Of a stretch of DNA of 64,000 nucleotides, positions 1-7,669 are shown piece by piece (within the stretch, counting starts at the first letter, position 1; every line of letters starts with the position of its first letter). The translations under genes were made by a program, and so were the position numbers. The notes beneath the pieces are model-generated. The model was not told where the DNA came from and searched no databases. It saw only the letters and a list, made by a program, of their open reading frames with translations. The DNA comes from Gammaproteobacteria bacterium UBA3067 (GTDB taxonomy: Bacteria; Pseudomonadota; Gammaproteobacteria; Pseudomonadales; UBA3067): the NCBI GenBank assembly GCA_002366835.1, contig DFBZ01000060.1, positions 83,011-147,010 on the forward strand, written 5' to 3'.

Positions 1-852
1 AATTTTGGCGACATCTCCACTCTGTTCTTCCATGTGCAGGTGATGCCCCCCGGGCAAATATTCAACACGAAGGTCTTTATGCGCATCAATCCGCTCTTGC
101 ATTTCCGCTTCATCACGAGGAACCCCCTCCTCTGCTAAAACCAAACAACTAGGCGCAGTGACCAAGCGAATATAGGAACAAAACTCATGATGACTCGCCG
201 CAGAAGAGGAGATAAAGCGCAAACGCGGATCAGAACGAAAAACCAGCCCTTCTTTATCTTGCTGCGAACCACGCTCACAAAGTAGTCGCGCTGCAGATTC
301 TTCTATTTTAAAAAAACCATTTACACGCGCTTTTGTTGCGGCATCCAAGTTCGGATAAATAGGCGCCTTTTTATGCCGCAAACCAATAGTTTTACGAAAT
401 GCCGTTTGCGCAAGAATCGGAATAGTTTCTGCTGAAACCATACTCGGAGCACCAAAACCTTCCAGCAGCATCAACTTGTTCACCAAGGTCGGCTCGGTAC
501 CCGCTGTCATTAGGGATATATGAGCACCCATGGAGTGCCCCATTAGACTGAATGTATCCCAAGATAGCTGGTTGGCGAGTTCTAGAACGTCGAACACGTA
601 CTCATTAAAATAATAATGCCCCCAACCAGGACGATGGCCACTTAAACCATGGCCTGCCAGGTCAATGGCGCAAATTCGAAGCTCAGGTAACTGGGCCGCC
701 AAAAGATCAAAGCTGGCGGCATTGTCCAGCCAACCATGAAGAGCGATCACCCGCTCTCCATCCTCCGGCCCCCAAACTTTGGCATGAATTTGTAGCCCGT
801 TTACATTAAAACTCTGTGCTTCCCAGCTCGGCCTATCACAACTTTTAGTCAT
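1..852 (-). CDS. alpha/beta-fold hydrolase, paralog 2 (C-terminus runs off the window start)
   Basis: Not in the ORF track because it has no stop in the window. My own translation of the minus strand from the ATG at 852-850 gives MTKSCDRPSWEAQSFNVNGLQIHAKVWGPEDGERVIALHGWLDNAASF...GHSMG...EYLPGGHHLHMEEQSGDVAKI, open to base 1. It has a GxSxG nucleophile elbow and is collinear with the upstream paralog. Confidence 0.75.
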   Translation of the reverse strand, partial: MTKSCDRPSWEAQSFNVNGLQIHAKVWGPEDGERVIALHGWLDNAASFDLLAAQLPELRICAIDLAGHGLSGHRPGWGHYYFNEYVFDVLELANQLSWDTFSLMGHSMGAHISLMTAGTEPTLVNKLMLLEGFGAPSMVSAETIPILAQTAFRKTIGLRHKKAPIYPNLDAATKARVNGFFKIEESAARLLCERGSQQDKEGLVFRSDPRLRFISSSAASHHEFCSYIRLVTAPSCLVLAEEGVPRDEAEMQERIDAHKDLRVEYLPGGHHLHMEEQSGDVAKI

Positions 853-861
853 TTGTTTTTA

Positions 862-1713
862 TTAATCCAAAAAATCATTAATCAGCGCGGCTACCTTTCC
901 TGACTCACCTTCAAGGTGAAGGTGATGCCGACCAGAAAGGGCCTCGATCCTTAGATCAGCGAGCTTATCTTTTCGTGTTTCCAGGCCCAAAAAAGATCGA
1001 GGAATGCCCTCTTCGCCCAGTATCAAACAAGTCGGCGCTGTTACTGCGCTAATCAAAGATTGAATCTCTTCCTCGGGGAAGCGCAGCGGAGAAGAATAGC
1101 GCAAACGCGGATCAGAGCGCCAGGCCCAGCCATCTTCGACCTCTTTCGTTCCACGCTGACACAATATCTCGGCAGCTTGGCGATTCACAACCGTCCCCCC
1201 AACCATGCGTTTTTTCACAATGGTATCCCATGCCCCATAGACTAACTGGCGCTCTGGGCGGTATGTTTTCATTTTCGCAAACGCTGAGCGCAGCTGGGAT
1301 GCAGCTACGGAAGCAGGTCGAGTATGGGGGCCGAAGCCTTCAATTAATACCAACTTTTTTACCCTCTCGGGGAAAACGCCCGCCAGCATAAGGGCGACAT
1401 TCGCACCCAAAGAATGGCCAATCAGATTAAAAGAGGGCCAAGCCAAGCTATCAGCAACGGCAATAGCATCAGCGATATAATCAGTAATGTAATAATGCGA
1501 ACCGAGGGGGCGATGATCACTAAACCCGTGCCCAGCCATATCCATGGCACGGAAATCCAAATCATTCAATTCGGGGGCTAGTTTATCGAAGGTTCCAGCA
1601 TTATCCAGCCAACCGTGTAGACCAAGGGTAGGCGTACCATCAAGCGTCCCCCAGTTCTTTAGCCCGAAATTCAAACCATTCGCACAAATTGTTTCCTCTT
1701 GGCAATTTGCCAC
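862..1713 (-). CDS. alpha/beta-fold hydrolase, paralog 1
   Basis: 283 aa. Contains HGWLDN (oxyanion region), GHSLG (GxSxG) and a C-terminal H in GRHHLHLE. GTG start preceded by AAGGAG 8 nt upstream. Only 9 nt separate its stop from the next paralog's ATG. Confidence 0.8.
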   Translation of the reverse strand: MANCQEETICANGLNFGLKNWGTLDGTPTLGLHGWLDNAGTFDKLAPELNDLDFRAMDMAGHGFSDHRPLGSHYYITDYIADAIAVADSLAWPSFNLIGHSLGANVALMLAGVFPERVKKLVLIEGFGPHTRPASVAASQLRSAFAKMKTYRPERQLVYGAWDTIVKKRMVGGTVVNRQAAEILCQRGTKEVEDGWAWRSDPRLRYSSPLRFPEEEIQSLISAVTAPTCLILGEEGIPRSFLGLETRKDKLADLRIEALSGRHHLHLEGESGKVAALINDFLD

Positions 1714-1992
1714 CCCAGCACACTCCTTCTAACAAGCAGAACAAAGCCGCCAAGTGTAAACATAAGAGCCATCCAGTAAAAGAGGCCAATGACATTTAAG
1801 ACCCCGAACAAGACGCTTCCAAATCAATACCTTGCAAACCTTGTCTGTTATTTTTGTCATGCTCCAGATAATAAAAGGCCGACCCGCTCACATATAATTT
1901 TTTACAAATCGCTATGCTAAACAGCTGCGCCATAAACTAACATTAAAACTATCGAGGGCTAGCGAGCCCACTTTGTCCTTTTATCTTTCCAC

Positions 1993-2139
1993 CTAGCAGG
2001 CTGTTAAAATTCGCTGAGTTGAGCCAGATACAAGGAAAAATTAAGCGAAAAAGCGGAGTTTACACCTGTAAATGAGCACTTTGAGCGCGATTTTTACGCT
2101 GTAGATGGCCAAGTCAGTAGAATTTCAACAACCTGCTAG
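1993..2139. repeat. Structured intergenic repeat, copy A (147 bp, MITE/ERIC-like, no ORF)
   Basis: Outer arms are CTAGCAGGCTGTTAAAATTC and GAATTTCAACAACCTGCTAG (18/20 complementary). Imperfect pairing extends to about 39 bp per arm. About 90% identical to copy B at 51018-51186. Confidence 0.85.
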
Positions 2140-3052
2140 AAACCAAATACAACAAATACACTCATACAAATCAACTGCGGACCCCCTATCAGTGAGCTCA
2201 AGTGAACTATTAACCGCCAACAAGCTAGTCGAAAGAATAGACATCCCCTCCCAACCCGAACTACTTATATCTATAAACTTAGAGGCGCAAAAGGAGCGTT
2301 GTAATTTTGATCTAGTGGCTGAAATGATCAGCAATGACATTAGTATCGCTTCCGAAGTACTGAAAACGGTTAACAGCCCGCTCTTTGGCTTACGCAAAAG
2401 TGTCACGTCCATTCAGCAGGCGGTTGGCCTGATGGGCTTACACCGGGTTATCGGACTGGTTAGAAATGTCTCTCTGAGGAAGAGCGTTAGCAAGGGCCTG
2501 AATCTCGAATCCTTCTGGCAGTCTGCTACGAAGAATGCCCAAACCTGTGCGCTAATTGCAAAAAAAACAAATCTTATTGATGCCGAAGAGGCCTACACCT
2601 TCGGCCTGTTTCACGATGCAGGCATCCCCATCCTGATGCAAAACTATTCCGACTATCAAAGCAGCCTAAAAGACGCATCAATGCAGTCAGGCTTAGAAGG
2701 CACCAAAGCAGAGGACACTATTTACAAAGTGAATCACGCCACTGTTGGCTACTACTTGTGTGACAAATGGTTTCTACCCGAGCATATCTGTAAAGCCGTG
2801 TATTACCATCACCGTAGCCATTTCATGTTCAATAAAACAAAAGCTTACGACAGCCCATTCATTATTTTATTGTCGTTACTGGTAACATCTCAGCATATTA
2901 TTGGCGCGAAGAGTCAAGTCGAAGCTGAGAGGGAATACCCAAACCTATGGAATGAAATGCAATTCCCGTTACAGGAAATATTTAAGCTTGATGAAGAAGC
3001 GTACAGCGCCCTTATCGCCGACATTAACGAACAGCTAGAAGCCACGAATTGA
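2105..3052 (+). CDS. HDOD-domain signalling protein (start uncertain)
   Basis: HDOD-type N-terminal region: LPSQPELLISINLEAQKE...DLVAEMISNDISIASEVLKTVNSPLFGLRKSVTSIQQAVGLMGL, then FGLFHDAGIPIL. The first 12 codons lie inside repeat copy A, so the ORF-track ATG at 2105 may not be the real start. Confidence 0.7.
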   Translation: MAKSVEFQQPARNQIQQIHSYKSTADPLSVSSSELLTANKLVERIDIPSQPELLISINLEAQKERCNFDLVAEMISNDISIASEVLKTVNSPLFGLRKSVTSIQQAVGLMGLHRVIGLVRNVSLRKSVSKGLNLESFWQSATKNAQTCALIAKKTNLIDAEEAYTFGLFHDAGIPILMQNYSDYQSSLKDASMQSGLEGTKAEDTIYKVNHATVGYYLCDKWFLPEHICKAVYYHHRSHFMFNKTKAYDSPFIILLSLLVTSQHIIGAKSQVEAEREYPNLWNEMQFPLQEIFKLDEEAYSALIADINEQLEATN

Positions 3053-3054
3053 GA

Positions 3055-3077
3055 TATTTGCGAAAATATCGCAAATA
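3055..3077 (+). terminator. Hairpin immediately after the HDOD stop (terminator-like, no U-tract)
   Basis: TATTTGCGA-AAATA-TCGCAAATA forms a perfect 9-bp stem 3 nt after the TGA at 3050-3052. No T-run follows it. Confidence 0.3.
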
Positions 3078-3280
3078 ATCGACGAAGGGGGGCTTACTAA
3101 GCTTGTGAGCTCCTCTACTACCATTCCCAACGCCTACCGCCGAGGCATTATTTCCAGCAAAACAGCCCCTTCAGAACATATCACCACAAGCCAAATCTCA
3201 TGTTACTGTCGCGCGCGATTCAATGTTTCATCAAATTTATTAGCGGAGGAATTTCCCATAAACGGCACCCATCATCCATA

Positions 3281-3352
3281 ATCCTAGAAACCGCAGTTGA
3301 AGTACAAAATTCTGTACAAGCTCTTGCCGCACCCAACTGAGGCTTCTAGGAT
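3281..3352. repeat. Structured intergenic repeat, copy F (72 bp), same TIR family as 60248-60414
   Basis: Arms are ATCCTAGAAACCGCAGTTGA and CCAACTGAGGCTTCTAGGAT (17/20 complementary). The right arm's reverse complement matches the left arm of copy E at 18/20 positions. Lies upstream of asnS. Confidence 0.6.
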
Positions 3353-3394
3353 AATCACTGTCAGTTGCTTAATAACAAAATATGGATGAACGCC

Positions 3395-4795
3395 ATGAAA
3401 CAAGCCATGATCAAACAGATACTTGCGGACAAATTTACCGAGGATGAAACCATCACCATCAAAGGTTGGGTCCGCACCCGCCGCGATTCAAAGGGTGGCT
3501 TTTCATTTCTCAGCATCAGTGATGGCAGCTGCTTTTCACCGTTACAAGTGATTGCAGACAATAAACTCGACAACTACTCCGATGAACTATTGCACCTTAC
3601 CGCTGGGTGCAGCGTCATTGCCACGGGAAAGCTGGTTCGCTCTCAGGGGAAAGGCCAGAGTTACGAGATTCAGGCCAGCACGATCACGGTTACTGGCTGG
3701 GTCGAAGATCCAGAAAGTTATCCCATCTCTCCCAAACATCACACCATGGAGCATCTGCGCAGTGTTGCCCACTTGCGCCCCCGCAGTAATACCTTTGGTG
3801 CGGTAACCCGTGTGCGTCACCACTTGGCTCAAGCCATTCATCGTTATTTCCACGAACAGGGTTTTTACTGGGTAAATACCCCCATCATCACAGCCAGCGA
3901 CTGCGAAGGCGCGGGGGAAATGTTTCGGGTGAGCACGCTAGATACGGCAAACCTTCCTTTCACGCCAGAAGGACACGTGGACTACAACCAGGATTTTTTT
4001 GGCAAAGAAGCCTTCCTGACAGTTTCGGGCCAACTTAACGTAGAAAGCTATTGCTTGGCCATGTCCAAGGTATATACCTTTGGCCCCACCTTCCGTGCCG
4101 AAAACTCCAACACCAGCCGACATCTGGCAGAATTTTGGATGGTGGAACCGGAAATAGCCTTCGCCGACCTGTCCGATGTCTCCAACCTGGCGGAATCCTT
4201 TCTCAAATACGTTCTGGCTGCCGTACTTGAAGAGCTACCTGATGACATGGACTTTTTCGCCAAGCGCGTTGATAAGGAAGCCGTCACTCGCATTGAATCG
4301 GTGCTGAATACCCCCTTTGAAAGAATTGAGTACAGCGACGCCATCAACATTCTCCAGCGCGCGAAACACAAGTTTGAATACCCTGTGGAATGGGGCATAG
4401 ACCTACAGTCAGAACATGAGCGTTATTTGTGCGAAAAACATGTCAAAGGCCCGACTATCGTAATGAATTACCCCAAGGATATTAAAGCGTTTTACATGCG
4501 CCTCAACGATGACGAGAAAACCTGCGCGGCCATGGATATTCTTGCGCCAGGTATTGGCGAAATTATCGGCGGCAGCCAGCGGGAAGATCGCCTGGATATT
4601 CTCACCCAGCGCATGCTACAAGCTGGGCTTAAGCCCGAAGATATGGCTTGGTACCTCGACCTGCGCCGTTACGGCAGCGTACCACACGGCGGATTTGGAC
4701 TAGGCTTTGAGCGCCTGATTAACTATATCACCGGCCTGGAGAATATTCGTGATGCGATTCCTTTTCCAAGAACCCCAAAGCATGCGCCTTATTAA
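3395..4795 (+). CDS. asnS: Asparagine--tRNA ligase
   Basis: Collinear with E. coli AsnS as I remember it: [41 protein letters not shown] and GFGLGFERL. The ORF opens at TTG 3365. The ATG at 3395 gives the N-terminal spacing seen in E. coli. ATG 3386 is an alternative. Confidence 0.95.
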   Translation: MKQAMIKQILADKFTEDETITIKGWVRTRRDSKGGFSFLSISDGSCFSPLQVIADNKLDNYSDELLHLTAGCSVIATGKLVRSQGKGQSYEIQASTITVTGWVEDPESYPISPKHHTMEHLRSVAHLRPRSNTFGAVTRVRHHLAQAIHRYFHEQGFYWVNTPIITASDCEGAGEMFRVSTLDTANLPFTPEGHVDYNQDFFGKEAFLTVSGQLNVESYCLAMSKVYTFGPTFRAENSNTSRHLAEFWMVEPEIAFADLSDVSNLAESFLKYVLAAVLEELPDDMDFFAKRVDKEAVTRIESVLNTPFERIEYSDAINILQRAKHKFEYPVEWGIDLQSEHERYLCEKHVKGPTIVMNYPKDIKAFYMRLNDDEKTCAAMDILAPGIGEIIGGSQREDRLDILTQRMLQAGLKPEDMAWYLDLRRYGSVPHGGFGLGFERLINYITGLENIRDAIPFPRTPKHAPY

Positions 4796-4873
4796 AGAGA
4801 ATGAAGACAAAGCGGTGAGCAAACGCGATTCCCGCTTTATTTTACAAAAAATCGAAACGATTCAGCGAGCTCT

Positions 4874-4994
4874 GTAACTATTCATATCGCGCTCAAATTT
4901 GCGCAGAACAAGGCGAAAGATGTGAGTTTATAAGTATAAATGATCATTTTTTAACACAATTATGTGCAAATTTGAGCGCGATATGAATAGTTAC
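4874..4994. repeat. Structured intergenic repeat, copy C (121 bp, 32-bp arms)
   Basis: Arms are GTAACTATTCATATCGCGCTCAAATTTGCGCA and TGTGCAAATTTGAGCGCGATATGAATAGTTAC (31/32 complementary). Lies between convergent asnS and the NlpC/P60 gene. The central 57 nt carries the core shared with copies A, B and E. Confidence 0.8.
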
Positions 4995-5000
4995 AAAAGA

Positions 5001-5510
5001 TTATAAGCGGCGGGCCACCCAGTAGGAGGATTTCCAGTAAGGGTTATCCAAACGCGAAACCGTTACGCCTTTGCTAGTAGAAGCATGTAAAAAACGCCCG
5101 TCACCCATATAAATTCCAACGTGACGAGTGAAAATAGCCGTTTTAAAAAATATCAGATCCCCCGCCTGGATATTTTTTTGGCGAATCGACTTACCCAGCG
5201 AGACCTGCAGCTCTGCAGTGCGTGGTAGGTTGATGGCAAATTTATCGCGAAATGTCAGCATGACAAAACCCGAACAATCCACGCCCGACTTTGACAAACC
5301 ACCTAAGCGGTAATTCACTCCACGCCAATGAGAATATTGCCCCCGAAGTCGAGATTCAATCTGTCTGGCATTTAAGTGAGTCCATTGTTCAACACCGTCT
5401 CCCCTTAGCTTTGGGCTACTCAAGGGCACGCAGCCAGAAAATAGAAGCAAAAAGAATAATAGCCTCCCTTTCCAGCTCACAATTACTTCCGATAAAAACT
5501 TAATAGTCAC
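5001..5510 (-). CDS. NlpC/P60 (C40) peptidoglycan endopeptidase lipoprotein
   Basis: Lipobox LFSGC. Catalytic Cys context GVDCSGFV, followed by HVGIYMGDGRFLHAS, as in Spr/MepS-type enzymes. Confidence 0.85.
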   Translation of the reverse strand: MTIKFLSEVIVSWKGRLLFFLLLFSGCVPLSSPKLRGDGVEQWTHLNARQIESRLRGQYSHWRGVNYRLGGLSKSGVDCSGFVMLTFRDKFAINLPRTAELQVSLGKSIRQKNIQAGDLIFFKTAIFTRHVGIYMGDGRFLHASTSKGVTVSRLDNPYWKSSYWVARRL

Positions 5511-5746
5511 TTAGAAATTATTTCATCCATCTTGTGTTGCCCTGTGCTGAGGCTAGAAATACTTACTCATAAACGAGTATAACAGCCCCCCTTTTGGGCA
5601 CCTCAATACCCTCAGCTATCGCAAGGAAAGCAGCGCTCTACTAAACCCATGACAGCATTCCATGCTATCGCCTTTTTCCGAAACACCCGTTAGAATGATC
5701 AACGCTGCAACAGTTACCCACCTCTAAAAAATGTAAGGAGAACACC

Positions 5747-6328
5747 ATGAGCTTTGAACTTCCCCCACTACCCTACGAAATTGATGCGCTTGAGCCACAC
5801 ATCAGCAAAGAAACCTTGGAGTTTCATTACGGCAAACACCATCAAACCTACGTAACCAACCTGAACAATCTGGTGGCCGGAACTGACAACGAAGGTAAAC
5901 CTCTGGAAGACATCATTAAAAACTCCAGCGGTGGGGTTTTTAACAATGCTGCTCAAATCTGGAACCACACTTTTTATTGGAATTGCCTCAGCCCCAATGG
6001 CGGCGGTGAGCCAACAGGAGCATTGGCTCAGGCTATTAACGATACTTTTGGTTCTTTTGCAGAATTCAAAGAACAGTTCAGCAAAACCGCCATCACTACT
6101 TTCGGTTCTGGCTGGGGCTGGTTGGTTAAAAACAGCGACGGCAGCCTGGCATTAACCAGCACCAGCAACGCCGGCACACCGCTTACTGAAGGCCAAACGC
6201 CTCTACTGACTTGCGATGTATGGGAACATGCCTACTACATCGATTTTAGAAACGCGCGCCCCAAGTACGTTGAGACTTTCTGGAATCTTGTAAACTGGGA
6301 ATTTGCTTCTCAAAATTTTGCGGGCTAA
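5747..6328 (+). CDS. sodB: Iron superoxide dismutase
   Basis: [36 protein letters not shown] and [27 protein letters not shown] upstream. Confidence 0.95.
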   Translation: MSFELPPLPYEIDALEPHISKETLEFHYGKHHQTYVTNLNNLVAGTDNEGKPLEDIIKNSSGGVFNNAAQIWNHTFYWNCLSPNGGGEPTGALAQAINDTFGSFAEFKEQFSKTAITTFGSGWGWLVKNSDGSLALTSTSNAGTPLTEGQTPLLTCDVWEHAYYIDFRNARPKYVETFWNLVNWEFASQNFAG

Positions 6329-6338
6329 TCGCAAAAAC

Positions 6339-6364
6339 AGTCAAAGGGCCTTGGCCCTTTGACT
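6339..6364 (+). terminator. Strong hairpin after sodB
   Basis: AGTCAAAGGGCC-TT-GGCCCTTTGACT forms a perfect 12-bp stem 11 nt after the stop. The U-tract is weak. Confidence 0.5.
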
Positions 6365-6372
6365 CATTCCCC

Positions 6373-7467
6373 ATGTCAAAAATCACTCGCTTCCAAAGCC
6401 CCTCCTCTTCTACGTCTTATTCACGTTTTTTCTACCCTCTTTTTTTCCTGCTCATACTGACGTACAACTCCTCTCTTCATGCAGAAGAACATAAGCCGGG
6501 CAATACCCACTTTGCACTGTGGCAAACCAATGCAGGGGGTAACGATGTTCATATTTATGACATCCAAAACCATCAGCTGATTAAACGCCTGCAAGTCGGC
6601 CCCCAACCCCACGGCATCGCATATGCTGCTAAAACAAAACAAGTGCTCATTACCCTGGAGAAAAAACAAGAAGCCTACGGGGAGCTACTGTGGATTAACC
6701 CCTTTAATTTTGAAATCACCCATCGAATTAAAGTTGGCCGAAAACCCCAGGCTTTGGCCGTTACGCCAGATGGAAAGTGGATATATATTCCCTGTAGAGA
6801 CGGCAACTACTGGGTTATAGATGGAAAGCGAAAGACGCTATTCAAAAAAATTCACACCGGCGGGCTACCCCATAACACCATTATCTCGGCCGATGGCCGC
6901 TTTGCCTATTTATCCCCCATGGGCACACGCCATCAAGTGAGCATTGTCGATATCAAAGCCGATCACAAGCTGCTGGCTACCCTGCCATTTTCTGAATCTC
7001 TGAGGCCATCTGCGTTAAGCGCCAATAGTCAGCTGTTCTTTCAGCACGTGGATAAATTAAATGGTTTTGAAGTGACAGACATCCCCAGCAGAACACTCAA
7101 GAAACGCGTGTATCACGAAAATAGCCTGGGTATTTATACTTCCATTGGCCCGCTGGGCTGGCTCAGCCAGTTTGGCTTCCAGCGCTGCCATGGTTTAGCT
7201 ATACGCCCTGACCAACAGGAAATATGGTCCACCTGCGGCAGGAACCTCAATATTCACCAACTAAGCCCTCCTTTTAGGCAGACACATACCATGCCTTTAT
7301 CGGGAAAAGGCTACTGGCTGACCTTTTCACCCGACAGCAGGCTTGCTTTTATCGCTTTAAAGGATAAAAAAACCGTTACCGTTATAGATGCGAGTTTGAA
7401 AAAAGTAATACAGCATTATCAGGCTGGGGAAAAACCAAAACGGAATATTGTTATTCCTCTGCTGTAG
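6373..7467 (+). CDS. Secreted YVTN/YncE-like beta-propeller repeat protein
   Basis: N-terminal signal peptide. Repeated ~40-aa units such as ALAVTPDGKWIYIP, NTIISADGRFAYLSP and WLTFSPDSRLAFIALKDKKTVTVID. Confidence 0.6.
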   Translation: MSKITRFQSPSSSTSYSRFFYPLFFLLILTYNSSLHAEEHKPGNTHFALWQTNAGGNDVHIYDIQNHQLIKRLQVGPQPHGIAYAAKTKQVLITLEKKQEAYGELLWINPFNFEITHRIKVGRKPQALAVTPDGKWIYIPCRDGNYWVIDGKRKTLFKKIHTGGLPHNTIISADGRFAYLSPMGTRHQVSIVDIKADHKLLATLPFSESLRPSALSANSQLFFQHVDKLNGFEVTDIPSRTLKKRVYHENSLGIYTSIGPLGWLSQFGFQRCHGLAIRPDQQEIWSTCGRNLNIHQLSPPFRQTHTMPLSGKGYWLTFSPDSRLAFIALKDKKTVTVIDASLKKVIQHYQAGEKPKRNIVIPLL

Positions 7468-7669
7468 CAATTTTGCACTGTAGCATCATCATAAAAACAT
7501 TCACCATGCTTTAACCCAGCCCACTGTTGCACTAAGACACCCTTGTACCCCAATACACTCCCTGCCCCGTTCGGTGCAATATTGCAGCTAAAGCCTGTAG
7601 CATTACAGAAAGCATGCTTTCCACTTAGACTTTACACGCTCAACTTTAAGGAGCTACTCGCCATGGCCT

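Noticed and set aside
1729-1860. 43-aa Cys-containing minus-strand ORF (MTKITDKVCKVLIWKRL...CSAC*) just upstream of the first hydrolase
   Set aside because: No RBS, and its stop overlaps the hydrolase RBS. It is too short and unsupported to call, though a leader-peptide role cannot be excluded.
2105-2139. The shared N-terminus MAKSVEFQQPAR as a real conserved peptide or domain
   Set aside because: It is encoded by the right arm of the intergenic repeat at both loci. YrfG homology begins only at the downstream ATG (51221).
2023-2139. Reading the repeat core as a small peptide (A: ...SEKAEFTPVNEHFERDFYAVDGQVSRISTTC*; C: ...GERCEFISINDHFL...; E: ...GREKDVQDIGVNREF*)
   Set aside because: The frames look weakly similar at the amino-acid level. 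However, none has a start codon or RBS, in-frame stops lie just upstream, and the lengths and C-termini differ completely. The similarity is explained by nucleotide conservation.
7608-7621. Perfect 14-bp palindrome GAAAGCATGCTTTC between convergent genes
   Set aside because: It has no loop, so it is a poor hairpin, and there is no U-tract or second copy. A single short palindrome is within chance expectation for 64 kb.
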